A DNA stretch of 7,387 nucleotides from Zygophlyctis sp. KS116. Its lineage: Eukaryota; Fungi; Chytridiomycota. Position numbers and translations under genes: made by a program. Below the pieces are notes generated by a model that made no database searches, was not told where the DNA came from, and saw nothing but the letters and a program-made list of their open reading frames with translations. This document shows, piece by piece, positions 6,183 through 7,387 of this stretch. Every line of letters starts with the position of its first letter. Position 1 is the stretch's first letter. The DNA is taken from NCBI GenBank assembly GCA_054661495.1, contig BAAFSQ010000407.1, forward strand, positions 1 through 7,387. The letters are read 5' to 3'.

Positions 6183-6713
6183 ATGGACGACTGGATACTT
6201 AAAAATCTATCAACTTCTGATCCGACCGGTCTATCAGTCTCTGTATCTCTAGGAAATACAGTCATACAAGGAATAGTATTTACAGTTGATTTGTCAAATT
6301 CAACATTAATCCTGGAAAACGGTGGTGGATTTTCTCTAATTTCTATCCCTGGAATTAAATCTATACTAGTTCAAGATATACCAAAAAAATCAACTAGAAA
6401 AATTATGAATTTACCAATTGATAAATTAGTTGCAAGAGAATCAAGAGCAATTGCAATGTCTAAATTAGAAAATTCAAGAATTGGAGTTGGTGTGTCTAAA
6501 TTAGGACAAGAGATATTTGATGAATTATCTAAAACTTTACCTACAATTTGGTCTAAAACAGATATTATTGTCATGGATGACATTGTAATTAGTGATCCAT
6601 ACTCTCCAGACTCTTGTAAAATCATAAATTCACGTCAAGGATTAGAAACTTCATTGGCAAGAGTTCAAAAAGTATTATCTGGAATACATTTAAAATTACT
6701 GAATAAAGTCTAA
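6183..6713 (+). CDS. LSM12: LSM12-like protein (Sm-like N-domain plus anticodon-binding AD domain), 176 aa, intronless
   Basis: N-terminal Sm-like strands (VIQGIVFTVDLSNSTLILE) and the AD-domain signature RIGVGVSKLGQEIFDELSKTLPTIW..DIIVMDDIVISDPY..SLARVQKVL. Confidence 0.85.
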   Translation: MDDWILKNLSTSDPTGLSVSVSLGNTVIQGIVFTVDLSNSTLILENGGGFSLISIPGIKSILVQDIPKKSTRKIMNLPIDKLVARESRAIAMSKLENSRIGVGVSKLGQEIFDELSKTLPTIWSKTDIIVMDDIVISDPYSPDSCKIINSRQGLETSLARVQKVLSGIHLKLLNKV

Positions 6714-7309
6714 TATTTTGCCAATTCTTGATCTGTTTCTAGAAATTTAGATTGTAGATTAGAGTATTCATTACATAAATCACTGTAAATTCCATCAAGT
6801 CTTTTTAATTCTTGATTTTCATCCTCTAAATCAAAATTACAATTCTTTTTAATAGGTAGTAAAGAGACTGGATTTGATATTATAGACTCGTAAATAGATT
6901 GAATAGGATCATTAAATACAACTTCATCATAGACTTGAGAGACTATAGTAGTAATATTTCCAGGATCATCCTTTGAGTATAATTGTAAATAATGATGAAG
7001 AGTCAGTGGTTTTTCAGATGGATCATGTAAAAACAATTTAAAAGTAATTTGAAATTCTCCCCAACCAGATTCTTGAACTAGAAAAGGTTCTTTATCAAAA
7101 GTTCTATTTGGATTTGGAAATGTTTCATGAATTTTAATTATAACCTTTTTAAATAACCAAGATATATCATGTCCTTCTATTCCTTTTACATAAACTGACC
7201 ATTTATGAGTATGAGAAGAGTCAATATTAGAGTCTTTTTTAGAAATTGGAACTGCCGTTGAGCCGTAAATGAATGGAACAGAAAAAACTCCAGAATTTCT
7301 GTCAGTCAT
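6710..7309 (-). CDS. YAF9: YEATS-domain protein Yaf9/GAS41 (NuA4/SWR1 subunit), 199 aa from the first ATG, intronless
   Basis: PFIYGSTA, HTHKWSVYVKG, KKVIIKIHETFPNPNR, PFLVQESGWGEF, LHHYLQLY, YDEVVFNDP and a C-terminal coiled-coil-like segment. The ORF track starts at TTG 7354, but the first ATG is at 7309. Confidence 0.9.
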   Translation of the reverse strand: MTDRNSGVFSVPFIYGSTAVPISKKDSNIDSSHTHKWSVYVKGIEGHDISWLFKKVIIKIHETFPNPNRTFDKEPFLVQESGWGEFQITFKLFLHDPSEKPLTLHHYLQLYSKDDPGNITTIVSQVYDEVVFNDPIQSIYESIISNPVSLLPIKKNCNFDLEDENQELKRLDGIYSDLCNEYSNLQSKFLETDQELAKY

Positions 7310-7387
7310 TAGAATGTCAGTGAATAGAAGAGAGTCTACAGAGTTGACCGCCAAAATCGTGTACTAGGGCAACACAGACTGTCTCTA

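Noticed and set aside
6371-6625. 84-aa - strand ORF
   Set aside because: Antisense shadow of LSM12.
7310-7354. TTG-initiated 15-aa extension of YAF9
   Set aside because: Non-ATG start. YEATS homology begins just after the ATG at 7309.
7314-7387. Possible first exon of a + strand gene (MSVNRRESTELTAKIV, then GTACTAG...)
   Set aside because: The ATG is only 4 nt from the YAF9 ATG, it stops after 17 codons, the putative intron is not AT-rich, and the window ends. Cannot be supported.
1-7387. CRISPR arrays, transposon ends, tRNA/rRNA genes or prokaryotic defence systems
   Set aside because: No spaced repeats, TIR/LTR structures or cloverleafs were seen. Almost all sequence is accounted for by spliced eukaryotic genes.

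Overview
AT-rich, very gene-dense eukaryotic DNA, most likely from an early-diverging fungus such as a chytrid. That assignment is inferred from the fungal-type FlbC-like zinc finger and Rfc3 plus retention of C2CD5. Manual splicing gives six complete genes: a two-finger C2H2 FlbC-like transcription factor (-, 299-903), signal peptidase subunit SPC1/SPCS1 (-, 1069-1456, absent from the ORF track), RFC3 (+, 1585-2792), C2CD5 (-, 2806-6098), LSM12 (+, 6183-6713) and YAF9 (-, 6710-7309). The left edge carries a probable tandem-duplicate fragment of the zinc-finger locus. All 14 inferred introns are only 24-32 nt and begin GTA, and 4 of the 5 length-3n introns carry an in-frame stop. Intergenic gaps are 165, 128, 13, 84 and -4 nt, the last being interlocking stop codons of LSM12 and YAF9. 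No prokaryote-type system, mobile element, RNA gene or CRISPR array was seen.
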